From positions 62,001 to 126,000 of the forward strand of contig CAXKVF010000077.1 in NCBI GenBank assembly GCA_964057225.1: a stretch of DNA of 64,000 nt. Direction: 5' to 3'. The notes beneath the pieces are model-generated. The model was not told the DNA's origin and made no database searches. It was given only the letters and a program-made list of their open reading frames with translations. The stretch is from Auanema rhodensis (Eukaryota; Animalia; Nematoda). The position numbers and the translations under genes are program-made. Positions 1-12,496 of this stretch are shown one piece after another (the stretch's first letter is position 1; each line of letters starts with the position of its first letter).

Positions 1-3000
1 GACTAATATGGACATGGGGAATCTAATTTTGAAAACCGCATCTCTTCATCTTTCACGTGAAGCGAGTTACATACCAAGTGCACATCACGTGTACATTTAA
101 TTAGCATAAATTAAAGTTCACGTAAATTTCAAAGTCATGGTTACCATGAAGCAATATCAATAAAAATTTGTTTTTAGACTAATATGGACATGGGGAATCT
201 AATTTTGAAAACCGCATCTCTTTATCTTTCACGTGAAGCGAGTTACATACCAAGTGCACATCACGTGTACATTTAATTAGCATAAATTAAAGTTCACGTA
301 AATTTCAAAGTCATGGTTACCATGCACCAATATCAATAAAAATTCGTTTTTAGACTAATATGGACATGGGGAATCTAATTTTGAAAACCGCATCTCTTTA
401 TCTTTCACGTGAAGCGAGTTACATACCAAGTGCACATCACGTGTACATTTAATTAGCATAAATTAAAGTTCACGTAAATTTCAAAGTCATGGTTACCATG
501 AACCAATATCAATAAAAATTTGTTTTTAGACTAATATGGACATGGGGAATCTAATTTTGAAAACCGCATCTCTTTATCTTTCACGTGAAGCGAGTTACAT
601 ACCAAGTGCACATCACGTGTACATTTAATTAGCATAAATTAAAGTTCACGTAAATTTCAAAGTCATGGTTACCATGAACCAATATCAATAAAAATTTGAT
701 TTTAGACTAATATGGACATGGGGAATCTAATTTTGAAAACCGCATCTCTTTATCTTTCACGTGAAGCGAGTTACATACCAAGTGCACATCACGTGTACAT
801 TTAATTAGCATAAATTAAAGTTCACGTAAATTTCAAAGTCATGGTTACCATGCACCAATATCAATAAAAATTTGTTTTTAGACTAATATGGACATGGGGA
901 ATCTAATTTTGAAAACCGCATCTCTTAATCTTTCACGTGAAGCGAGTTACATACCAAGTGCACATCACGTCTAAATTTAATTAGCATAAATTAAAGTTCA
1001 CGAAAATTTCAAAGTCATGGTTACCATGAAGCAATATCAATAAAAATTTGTTTTTAGACTAATATGGACATGGGGAATCTAATTTTGAAAACCGCATCTC
1101 TTTATCTTTCACGTGAAGCGAGTTACATACCAAGTGCACATCACGTGTACATTTAATTAGCATAAATTAAAGTTCACGTAAATTTCAAAGTCATGGTTAC
1201 CATGAACCAATATCAATAAAAATTTGTTTTTAGACTAATATGGACAGGGGGAATCTATTTTTGAAAACCGCATCTCTTTATCTTTCACGTGAAGCGAGTT
1301 ACATACCAAGTGCACATCACGTGTACATTTAATTAGCATAAATTAAAGTTCACGTAAATTTCAAAGTCATGGTTACCATGCACCAATATCAATAAACATT
1401 TGTTTTTAGACTAATATGGACATGGGGAATCTAATTTTGAAAACCGCATCTCTTTTTCTTTCACGTGAAGCGAGTTACATACTAAGTGCACATGACGTGT
1501 ACATTTAATTAGCATAAATTAAAGTTCACGTAAATTTCAAAGTCATGGTTACCATGAACCAATATCAATAAAAATTTGTTTTTAGACTAATATGGACATG
1601 GGGAATCTAATTTTGAGAACCGCATCTCTTCATCTTTCACGTGAAGCGAGTTACATACCAAGTGCACATCACGTGTACATTTAATTAGCATAAATTAAAG
1701 TTCACGTAAATTTCAAAGTCATGGTTACCATGAACCAATATCAATAAAAATTTGTTTTTAGACTAATATGGACATGGGGAATCTAATTTTGAAAACCGCA
1801 TCTCTTTATCTTTCACGTGAAGCGAGTTACATACCAAGTGCACATCACGTGTACATTTAATTAGCATAAATTAAAGTTCACGTAAATTTCAAAGTCATGG
1901 TTACCATGAACCAATATCAATAAAAATTTGTTTTTAGACTAATATGGACATGGGGAATCTAATTTTGAAAACCGCATCTCTTTATCTTTCACGTGAAGCG
2001 AGTTACATACCAAGTGCACATCACGTGTACATTTAATTAGCATAAATTAAAGTTCACGTAAATTTCAAAGTCATGGTTACCATGAACCAATATCAATAAA
2101 AATTTGTTTTTAGACTAATATGGACATGGGGAATCTAATTTTGAAAACCGCATCTCTTTATCTTTCACGTGAAGCGAGTTACATACCAAGTGCACATCAC
2201 GTGTACATTTAATTAGCATAAATTAAAGTTCACGTAAATTTCAAAGTCATGGTTACCATGCACCAATATCAATAAAAATTTGTTTTTAGACTAATATGGA
2301 CATGGGGAATCTAATTTTGAAAACCGCATCTCTTTATCTTTCACGTGAAGCGAGTTACATACCAAGTGCACATCACGTGTACATTTAATTAGCATAAATT
2401 AAAGTTCACGTAAATTTCAAAGTCATGGTTACCATGAACCAATATCAATAAAAATTTGTTTTTAGACTAATATGGACATGGGGAATCTAATTTTGAAAAC
2501 CGCATCTCTTCATCTTTCACGTGAAGCGAGTTACATACCAAGTGCACATCACGTGTACATTTAATTAGCATAAATTAAAGTTCACGTAAATTTCAAAGTC
2601 ATGGTTACCATGAACCAATATCAATAAAAATTTGTTTTTAGACTAATATGGACATGGGGAATCTAATTTTGAAAACCGCATCTCTTTATCTTTCACGTGA
2701 AGCGAGTTACATACCAAGTGCACATCACGTGTACATTTAATTAGCATAAATTAAAGTTCACGTAAATTTCAAAGTCATGGTTACCATGAAGCAATATCAA
2801 TAAAAATTTGTTTTTAGACTAATATGGACATGGGGAATCTAATTTTGAAAACCGCATCTCTTTATCTTTCACGTGAAGCGAGTTACATACCAAGTGCACA
2901 TCACGTGTACATTTAATTAGCATAAATTAAAGTTCACGTAAATTTCAAAGTCATGGTTACCATGAAGCAATATCAATAAAAATTTGTTTTTAGACTAATA

Positions 3001-6000
3001 TGGACATGGGGAATCTAATTTTGAAAACCGCATCTCTTTATCTTTCACGTGAAGCGAGTTACATACCAAGTGCACATCACGTGTACATTTAATTAGCATA
3101 AATTAAAGTTCACGTAAATTTCAAAGTCATGGTTACCATGCACCAATATCAATAAAAATTTGTTTTTAGACTAATATGGACATGGGGAATCTAATTTTGA
3201 AAACCGCATCTCTTTATCTTTCACGTGAAGCGAGTTACATACCAAGTGCACATCACGTGTACATTTAATTAGCATAAATTAAAGTTCACGTAAATTTCAA
3301 AGTCATGGTTACCATGAACCAATATCAATAAAAATTTGTTTTTAGACTAATATGGACATGGGGAATCTAATTTTGAAAACCGCATCTCTTTATCTTTCAC
3401 GTGAAGCGAGTTACATACCAAGTGCATATCACGTGTACATTTAATTAGCATAAATTAAAGTTCACGTAAATTTCAAAGTCATGGTTACCATGCACCAATA
3501 TCAATAAAAATTTGTTTTTAGACTAATATGGACATGGGGAATCTAATTTTGAAAACCGCATCTCTTTATCTTTCACGTGAAGCGAGTTACATACCAAGTG
3601 CACATCACGTGTACATTTAATTAGCATAAATTAAAGTTCACGTAAATTTCAAAGTCATGGTTACCATGAACCAATATCAATAAAAATTTGTTTTTAGACT
3701 AATATGGACATGGGGAATCTAATTTTGAAAACCGCATCTCTTTATCTTTCACGTGAAGCGAGTTACATACCAAGTGCACATCACGTGTACATTTAATTAG
3801 CATAAATTAAAGTTCACGTAAATTTCAAAGTCATGGTTACCATGAACCAATATCAATAAAAATTTGTTTTTAGACTAATATGGACATGGGGAATCTAATT
3901 TTGAAAACCGCATCTCTTTATCTTTCACGTGAAGCGAGTTACACACCAAGTGCACATCACGTGTACATTTAATTAGCATAAATTAAAGTTCACGTAAATT
4001 TCAAAGTCATGGTTACCATGAAGCAATATCAATAAAAATTTGTTTTTAGACTAATATGGACATGGGGAATCTAATTTTGAAAACCGCATCTCTTTATCTT
4101 TCACGTGAAGCGAGTTACATACCAAGTGCACATCACGTGTACATTTAATTAGCATAAATTAAAGTTCACGTAAATTTCAAAGTCATGGTTACCATGAAGC
4201 AATATCAATAAAAATTTGTTTTTAGACTAATATGGACATGGGGAATCTAATTTTGAAAACCGCATCTCTTTATCTTTCACGTGAAGCGAGTTACATACCA
4301 AGTGCACATCACGTGTACATTTAATTAGCATAAATTAAAGTTCACGTAAATTTCAAAGTCATGGTTACCATGCACCAATATCAATAAAAATTTGTTTTTA
4401 GACTAATATGGACATGGGGAATCTAATTTTGAAAACCGCATCTCTTTATCTTTCACGTGAAGCGAGTTACATACCAAGTGCACATCACGTGTACATTTAA
4501 TTAGCATAAATTAAAGTTCACGTAAATTTCAAAGTCATGGTTACCATGAACCAATATCAATAAAAATTTGTTTTTAGACTAATATGGACATGGGGAATCT
4601 AATTTTGAAAACCGCATCTCTTTATCTTTCACGTGAAGCGAGTTACATACCAAGTGCATATCACGTGTACATTTAATTAGCATAAATTAAAGTTCACGTA
4701 AATTTCAAAGTCATGGTTACCATGCACCAATATCAATAAAAATTTGTTTTTAGACTAATATGGACATGGGGAATCTAATTTTGAAAACCGCATCTCTTTA
4801 TCTTTCACGTGAAGCGAGTTACATACCAAGTGCACATCACGTGTACATTTAATTAGCATAAATTAAAGTTCACGTAAATTTCAAAGTCATGGTTACCATG
4901 AACCAATATCAATAAAAATTTGTTTTTAGACTAATATGGACATGGGGAATCTAATTTTGAAAACCGCATCTCTTTATCTTTCACGTGAAGCGAGTTACAT
5001 ACCAAGTGCACATCACGTGTACATTTAATTAGCATAAATTAAAGTTCACGTAAATTTCAAAGTCATGGTTACCATGCACCAATATCAATAAAAATTTGTT
5101 TTTAGACTAATATGGACATGGGGAATCTAATTTTGAAAACCGCATCTCTTTATCTTTCACGTGAAGCGAGTTACATACCAAGTGCACATCACGTGTACAT
5201 TTAATTAGCATAAATTAAAGTTCACGTAAATTTCAAAGTCATGGTTACCATGAACCAATATCAATAAAAATTTGTTTTTAGACTAATATGGACATGGGGA
5301 ATCTAATTTTGAAAACCGCATCTCTTCATCTTTCACGTGAAGCGAGTTACATACCAAGTGCACATCACGTGTACATTTAATTAGCATAAATTAAAGTTCA
5401 CGTAAATTTCAAAGTCATGGTTACCATGAAGCAATATCAATAAAAATTTGTTTTTAGACTAATATGGACATGGGGAATCTAATTTTGAAAACCGCATCTC
5501 TTTATCTTTCACGTGAAGCGAGTTACATACCAAGTGCACATCACGTGTACATTTAATTAGCATAAATTAAAGTTCACGTAAATTTCAAAGTCATGGTTAC
5601 CATGAACCAATATCAATAAAAATTTGTTTTTAGACTAATATGGACATGTGGAATCTAATTTTGAAAACCGCATCTCTTTATCTTTCACGTGAAGCGAGTT
5701 ACATACCAAGTGCACATCACGTGTACATTTAATTAGCATAAATTAAAGTTCACGTAAATTTCAAAGTCATGGTTACCATGAACCAATATCAATAAAAATT
5801 TGTTTTTAGACTAATATGGACATGGGGAATCTAATTTTGAAAACCGCATCTCTTTATCTTTCACGTGAAGCGAGTTACATACCAAGTGCACATCACGTGT
5901 ACATTTAATTAGCATAAATTAAAGTTCACGTAAATTTCAAAGTCATGGTTACCATGAACCAATATCAATAAAAATTTGTTTTTAGACTAATATGGACATG

Positions 6001-7040
6001 GGGAATCTAATTTTAAAAACCGCATCTCTTTATCTTTCACGTGAAGCGAGTTACATACCAAGTGCACATCACGTGTACATTTAATTAGCATAAATTAAAG
6101 TTCACGTAAATTTCAAAGTCATGGTTACCATGAAGCAATATCAATAAAAATTTGTTTTTAGACTAATATGGACATGGGGAATCTAATTTCGAAAACCGCA
6201 TCTCTTTATTTTTCACGTGAAGCGAGTTACATACCAAGTGCACATCACGTGTACATTTAATTAGCATAAATTAAAGTTCACGTAAATTTCAAAGTCATGG
6301 TTACCATGAACCAATATCAATAAAAATTTGTTTTTAGACTAATATGGACATGGGGAATCTAATTTTGAAAACCGCATCTCTTTATCTTTCACGTGAAGCG
6401 AGTTACATACCAAGTGCACATCACGTGTACATTTAATTAGCATAAATTAAAGTTCACGTAAATTTCAAAGTCATGGTTACCATGCACCAATATCAATAAA
6501 AATTTGTTTTTAGACTAATATGGACATGGGGAATCTAATTTTGAAAACCGCATCTCTTTATCTTTCACGTGAAGCGAGTTACATACCAAGTGCACATCAC
6601 GTGTACATTTAATTAGCATAAATTAAAGTTCACGTAAATTTCAAAGTCATGGTTACCATGAACCAATATCAATAAAAATTTGTTTTTAGACTAATATGGA
6701 CATGGGGAATCTAATTTTGAAAACCGCATCTCTTCATCTTTCACGTGAAGCGAGTTACATACCAAGTGCACATCACGTGTACATTTAATTAGCATAAATT
6801 AAAGTTCACGTAAATTTCAAAGTCATGGTTACCATGCACCAATATCAATAAAAATTTGTTTTTAGACTAATATGGACATGGGGAATCTAATTTTGAAAAC
6901 CGCATCTCTTTATCTTTCACGTGAAGCGAGTTACATACCAAGTGCACATCACGTGTATATTTAATTAGCATAAATTAAAGTTCACGTAAATTTCAAAGTC
7001 ATGGTTACCATGAACCAATATCAATAAAAATTTGTTTTTA

Positions 7041-10000
7041 GACTAATATGGACATGGGGAATCTAATTTTGAAAACCGCATCTCTTTATCTTTCACGTGA
7101 AGCGAGTTACATACCAAGTGCACATCACGTGTACATTTAATTAGCATAAATTAAAGTTCACGTAAAATTCAAAGTCATGGTTACCATGCACCAATATCAA
7201 TAAAAATTTGTTTTTAGACTAATATGGACATGGGGAATCTAATTTTGAAAACCGCATCTCTTTATCTTTCACGTGAAGCGAGTTACATACCAAGTGCACA
7301 TCACGTGTACATTTAATTAGCATAAATTAAAGTTCACGTAAAATTCAAAGTCATGGTTACCATGCACCAATATCAATAAAAATTTGTTTTTAGACTAATA
7401 TGGACATGGGGAATCTGATTTTGAAAACCGCATCTCTTAATCTTTCACGTGAAGCGAGTTACATACCAAGTGCACATCACGTGTACATTTAATTAGCATA
7501 AATTAAAGTTCACGTAAATTTCAAAGTCATGGTTACCATGAACCAATATCAATAAAAATTTGTTTTTAGACTAATATGGACATGGGGAATCTAATTTTGA
7601 AAACCGCATCTCTTAATCTTTCACGTGAAGCGAGTTACATACCAAGTGCACATCACGTGTACATTTAATTAGCATAAATTAAAGTTCACGTAAATTTCAA
7701 AGTCATGGTTACCATGAACCAATATCAATAAAAATTTGTTTTTAGACTAATATGGACATGGGGAATCTAATTTTGAAAACCGCATCTCTTAATCTTTCAC
7801 GTGAAGCGAGTTACATACCAAGTGCACATCACGTGTACATTTAATTAGCATAAATTAAAGTTCACGTAAATTTCAAAGTCATGGTTACCATGAAGCAATA
7901 TCAATAAAAATTTGTTTTTAGACTAATATGGACATGGGGAATCTAATTTTGAAAACCGCATCTCTTTATCTTTCACGTGAAGCGAGTTACATACCAAGTG
8001 CACATCACGTGTACATTTAATTAGCATAAATTAAAGTTCACGTAAATTTCAAAGTCATGGTTACCATGAACCAATATCAATAAAAATTTGTTTTTAGACT
8101 AATATGGACATGGGGAATCTAATTTTGAAAACCGCATCTCTTCATCTTTCACGTGAAGCGAGTTACATACCAAGTGCACATCACGTGTACATTTAATTAG
8201 CATAAATTAAAGTTCACGTAAAATTCAAAGTCATGGTTACCATGCACCAATATCAATAAAAATTTGTTTTTAGACTAATATGGACATGGGGAATCTAATT
8301 TTGAAAACCGCATCTCTTTATCTTTCACGTGAAGCGAGTTACATACCAAGTGCACATCACGTGTACATTTAATTAGCATAAATTAAAGTTCACGTAAAAT
8401 TCAAAGTCATGGTTACCATGCACCAATATCAATAAAAATTTGTTTTTAGACTAATATGGACATGGGGAATCTAATTTTGAAAACCGCATCTCTTTATCTT
8501 TCACGTGAAGCGAGTTACATACCAAGTGCACATCACGTGTACATTTAATTAGCATAAATTAAAGTTCACGTAAATTTCAAAGTCATGGTTACCATGAACC
8601 AATATCAATAAAAATTTGTTTTTAGACTAATATGGACATGGGGAATCTAATTTTGAAAACCGCATCTCTTAATCTTTCACGTGAAGCGAGTTACATACCA
8701 AGTGCACATCACGTGTACATTTAATTAGCATAAATTAAAGTTCACGTAAATTTCAAAGTCATGGTTACCATGAAGCAATATCAATAAAAATTTGTTTTTA
8801 GACTAATATGGACATGGGGAATCTAATTTTGAAAACCGCATCTCTTTATCTTTCACGTGAAGCGAGTTACATACCAAGTGCACATCACGTGTACATTTAA
8901 TTAGCATAAATTAAAGTTCACGTAAAATTCAAAGTCATGGTTACCATGCACCAATATCAATAAAAATTTGTTTTTAGACTAATATGGACATGGGGAATCT
9001 AATTTTGAAAACCGCATCTCTTTATCTTTCACGTGAAGCGAGTTACATACCAAGTGCACATCACGTGTACATTTAATTAGCATAAATTAAAGTTCACGTA
9101 AAATTCAAAGTCATGGTTACCATGCACCAATATCAATAAAAATTTGTTTTTAGACTAATATGGACATGGGGAATCTGATTTTGAAAACCGCATCTCTTAA
9201 TCTTTCACGTGAAGCGAGTTACATACCAAGTGCACATCACGTGTACATTTAATTAGCATAAATTAAAGTTCACGTAAATTTCAAAGTCATGGTTACCATG
9301 AACCAATATCAATAAAAATTTGTTTTTAGACTAATATGGACATGGGGAATCTAATTTTGAAAACCGCATCTCTTAATCTTTCACGTGAAGCGAGTTACAT
9401 ACCAAGTGCACATCACGTGTACATTTAATTAGCATAAATTAAAGTTCACGTAAATTTCAAAGTCATGGTTACCATGAACCAATATCAATAAAAATTTGTT
9501 TTTAGACTAATATGGACATGGGGAATCTAATTTTGAAAACCGCATCTCTTAATCTTTCACGTGAAGCGAGTTACATACCAAGTGCACATCACGTGTACAT
9601 TTAATTAGCATAAATTAAAGTTCACGTAAATTTCAAAGTCATGGTTACCATGAAGCAATATCAATAAAAATTTGTTTTTAGACTAATATGGACATGGGGA
9701 ATCTAATTTTGAAAACCGCATCTCTTTATCTTTCACGTGAAGCGAGTTACATACCAAGTGCACATCACGTGTACATTTAATTAGCATAAATTAAAGTTCA
9801 CGTAAATTTCAAAGTCATGGTTACCATGAACCAATATCAATAAAAATTTGTTTTTAGACTAATATGGACATGGGGAATCTAATTTTGAAAACCGCATCTC
9901 TTAATCTTTCACGTGAAGCGAGTTACATACCAAGTGCACATCACGTGTACATTTAATTAGCATAAATTAAAGTTCACGTAAATTTCAAAGTCATGGTTAC

Positions 10001-12496
10001 CATGAACCAATATCAATAAAAATTTGTTTTTAGACTAATATGGACATGGGGAATCTAATTTTGAAAACCGCATCTCTTCATCTTTCACGTGAAGCGAGTT
10101 ACATACCAAGTGCACATCACGTGTACATTTAATTAGCATAAATTAAAGTTCACGTAAAATTCAAAGTCATGGTTACCATGCACCAATATCAATAAAAATT
10201 TGTTTTTAGACTAATATGGACATGGGGAATCTAATTTTGAAAACCGCATCTCTTTATCTTTCACGTGAAGCGAGTTACATACCAAGTGCACATCACGTGT
10301 ACATTTAATTAGCATAAATTAAAGTTCACGTAAAATTCAAAGTCATGGTTACCATGCACCAATATCAATAAAAATTTGTTTTTAGACTAATATGGACATG
10401 GGGAATCTAATTTTGAAAACCGCATCTCTTTATCTTTCACGTGAAGCGAGTTACATACCAAGTGCACATCACGTGTACATTTAATTAGCATAAATTAAAG
10501 TTCACGTAAATTTCAAAGTCATGGTTACCATGAACCAATATCAATAAAAATTTGTTTTTAGACTAATATGGACATGGGGAATCTAATTTTGAAAACCGCA
10601 TCTCTTAATCTTTCACGTGAAGCGAGTTACATACCAAGTGCACATCACGTGTACATTTAATTAGCATAAATTAAAGTTCACGTAAATTTCAAAGTCATGG
10701 TTACCATGAAGCAATATCAATAAAAATTTGTTTTTAGACTAATATGGACATGGGGAATCTAATTTTGAAAACCGCATCTCTTTATCTTTCACGTGAAGCG
10801 AGTTACATACCAAGTGCACATCACGTGTACATTTAATTAGCATAAATTAAAGTTCACGTAAAATTCAAAGTCATGGTTACCATGCACCAATATCAATAAA
10901 AATTTGTTTTTAGACTAATATGGACATGGGGAATCTAATTTTGAAAACCGCATCTCTTTATCTTTCACGTGAAGCGAGTTACATACCAAGTGCACATCAC
11001 GTGTACATTTAATTAGCATAAATTAAAGTTCACGTAAAATTCAAAGTCATGGTTACCATGCACCAATATCAATAAAAATTTGTTTTTAGACTAATATGGA
11101 CATGGGGAATCTGATTTTGAAAACCGCATCTCTTAATCTTTCACGTGAAGCGAGTTACATACCAAGTGCACATCACGTGTACATTTAATTAGCATAAATT
11201 AAAGTTCACGTAAATTTCAAAGTCATGGTTACCATGAACCAATATCAATAAAAATTTGTTTTTAGACTAATATGGACATGGGGAATCTAATTTTGAAAAC
11301 CGCATCTCTTAATCTTTCACGTGAAGCGAGTTACATACCAAGTGCACATCACGTGTACATTTAATTAGCATAAATTAAAGTTCACGTAAATTTCAAAGTC
11401 ATGGTTACCATGAACCAATATCAATAAAAATTTGTTTTTAGACTAATATGGACATGGGGAATCTAATTTTGAAAACCGCATCTCTTAATCTTTCACGTGA
11501 AGCGAGTTACATACCAAGTGCACATCACGTGTACATTTAATTAGCATAAATTAAAGTTCACGTAAATTTCAAAGTCATGGTTACCATGAAGCAATATCAA
11601 TAAAAATTTGTTTTTAGACTAATATGGACATGGGGAATCTAATTTTGAAAACCGCATCTCTTTATCTTTCACGTGAAGCGAGTTACATACCAAGTGCACA
11701 TCACGTGTACATTTAATTAGCATAAATTAAAGTTCACGTAAATTTCAAAGTCATGGTTACCATGAACCAATATCAATAAAAATTTGTTTTTAGACTAATA
11801 TGGACATGGGGAATCTAATTTTGAAAACCGCATCTCTTCATCTTTCACGTGAAGCGAGTTACATACCAAGTGCACATCACGTGTACATTTAATTAGCATA
11901 AATTAAAGTTCACGTAAAATTCAAAGTCATGGTTACCATGCACCAATATCAATAAAAATTTGTTTTTAGACTAATATGGACATGGGGAATCTAATTTTGA
12001 AAACCGCATCTCTTTATCTTTCACGTGAAGCGAGTTACATACCAAGTGCACATCACGTGTACATTTAATTAGCATAAATTAAAGTTCACGTAAAATTCAA
12101 AGTCATGGTTACCATGCACCAATATCAATAAAAATTTGTTTTTAGACTAATATGGACATGGGGAATCTAATTTTGAAAACCGCATCTCTTTATCTTTCAC
12201 GTGAAGCGAGTTACATACCAAGTGCACATCACGTGTACATTTAATTAGCATAAATTAAAGTTCACGAAAATTTCAAAGTCATGGTTACCATGAACCAATA
12301 TCAATAACAATTTGTTTTTAGACTAATATGGACATGGGGAATCTAATTTTGAAAACCGCATCTCTTAATCTTTCACGTGAAGCGAGTTACATACCAAGTG
12401 CACATCACGTGTACATTTAATTAGCATAAATTAAAGTTCACGTAAATTTCAAAGTCATGGTTACCATGAAGCAATATCAATAAAAATTTGTTTTTA
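7041..12496. repeat. Local higher-order repeat: three copies of a 10-monomer unit (10, 11 and 10 monomers)
   Basis: The same ordered pattern of variants at monomer positions 25, 47, 127 and 149/151 recurs three times. The rare marker A25G (ATCTGATT) lies at 7417, 9177 and 11113, spaced 1760 and 1936 bp. Confidence 0.9.

Noticed and set aside
149-151. Three-state AAC/CAC/AAG pattern as an encoded signal, with CAG never noticed
   Set aside because: Two independent mutations 2 bp apart, spread by block duplication, explain the pattern. Recombination between such close sites is expected to be rare.
135-152. RFX X-box-like motif at GGTTACCATG
   Set aside because: Only a half-site matches GTTRCCATGGYAAC, which is too weak to call.
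1-176. Assignment to a named satellite or species based on the 176-bp length (e.g. Brassica CentBr), or to a tandem 5S/tRNA/snRNA gene array
   Set aside because: I do not recognise the sequence as any of these, and monomer length alone is not diagnostic. A database search is required.
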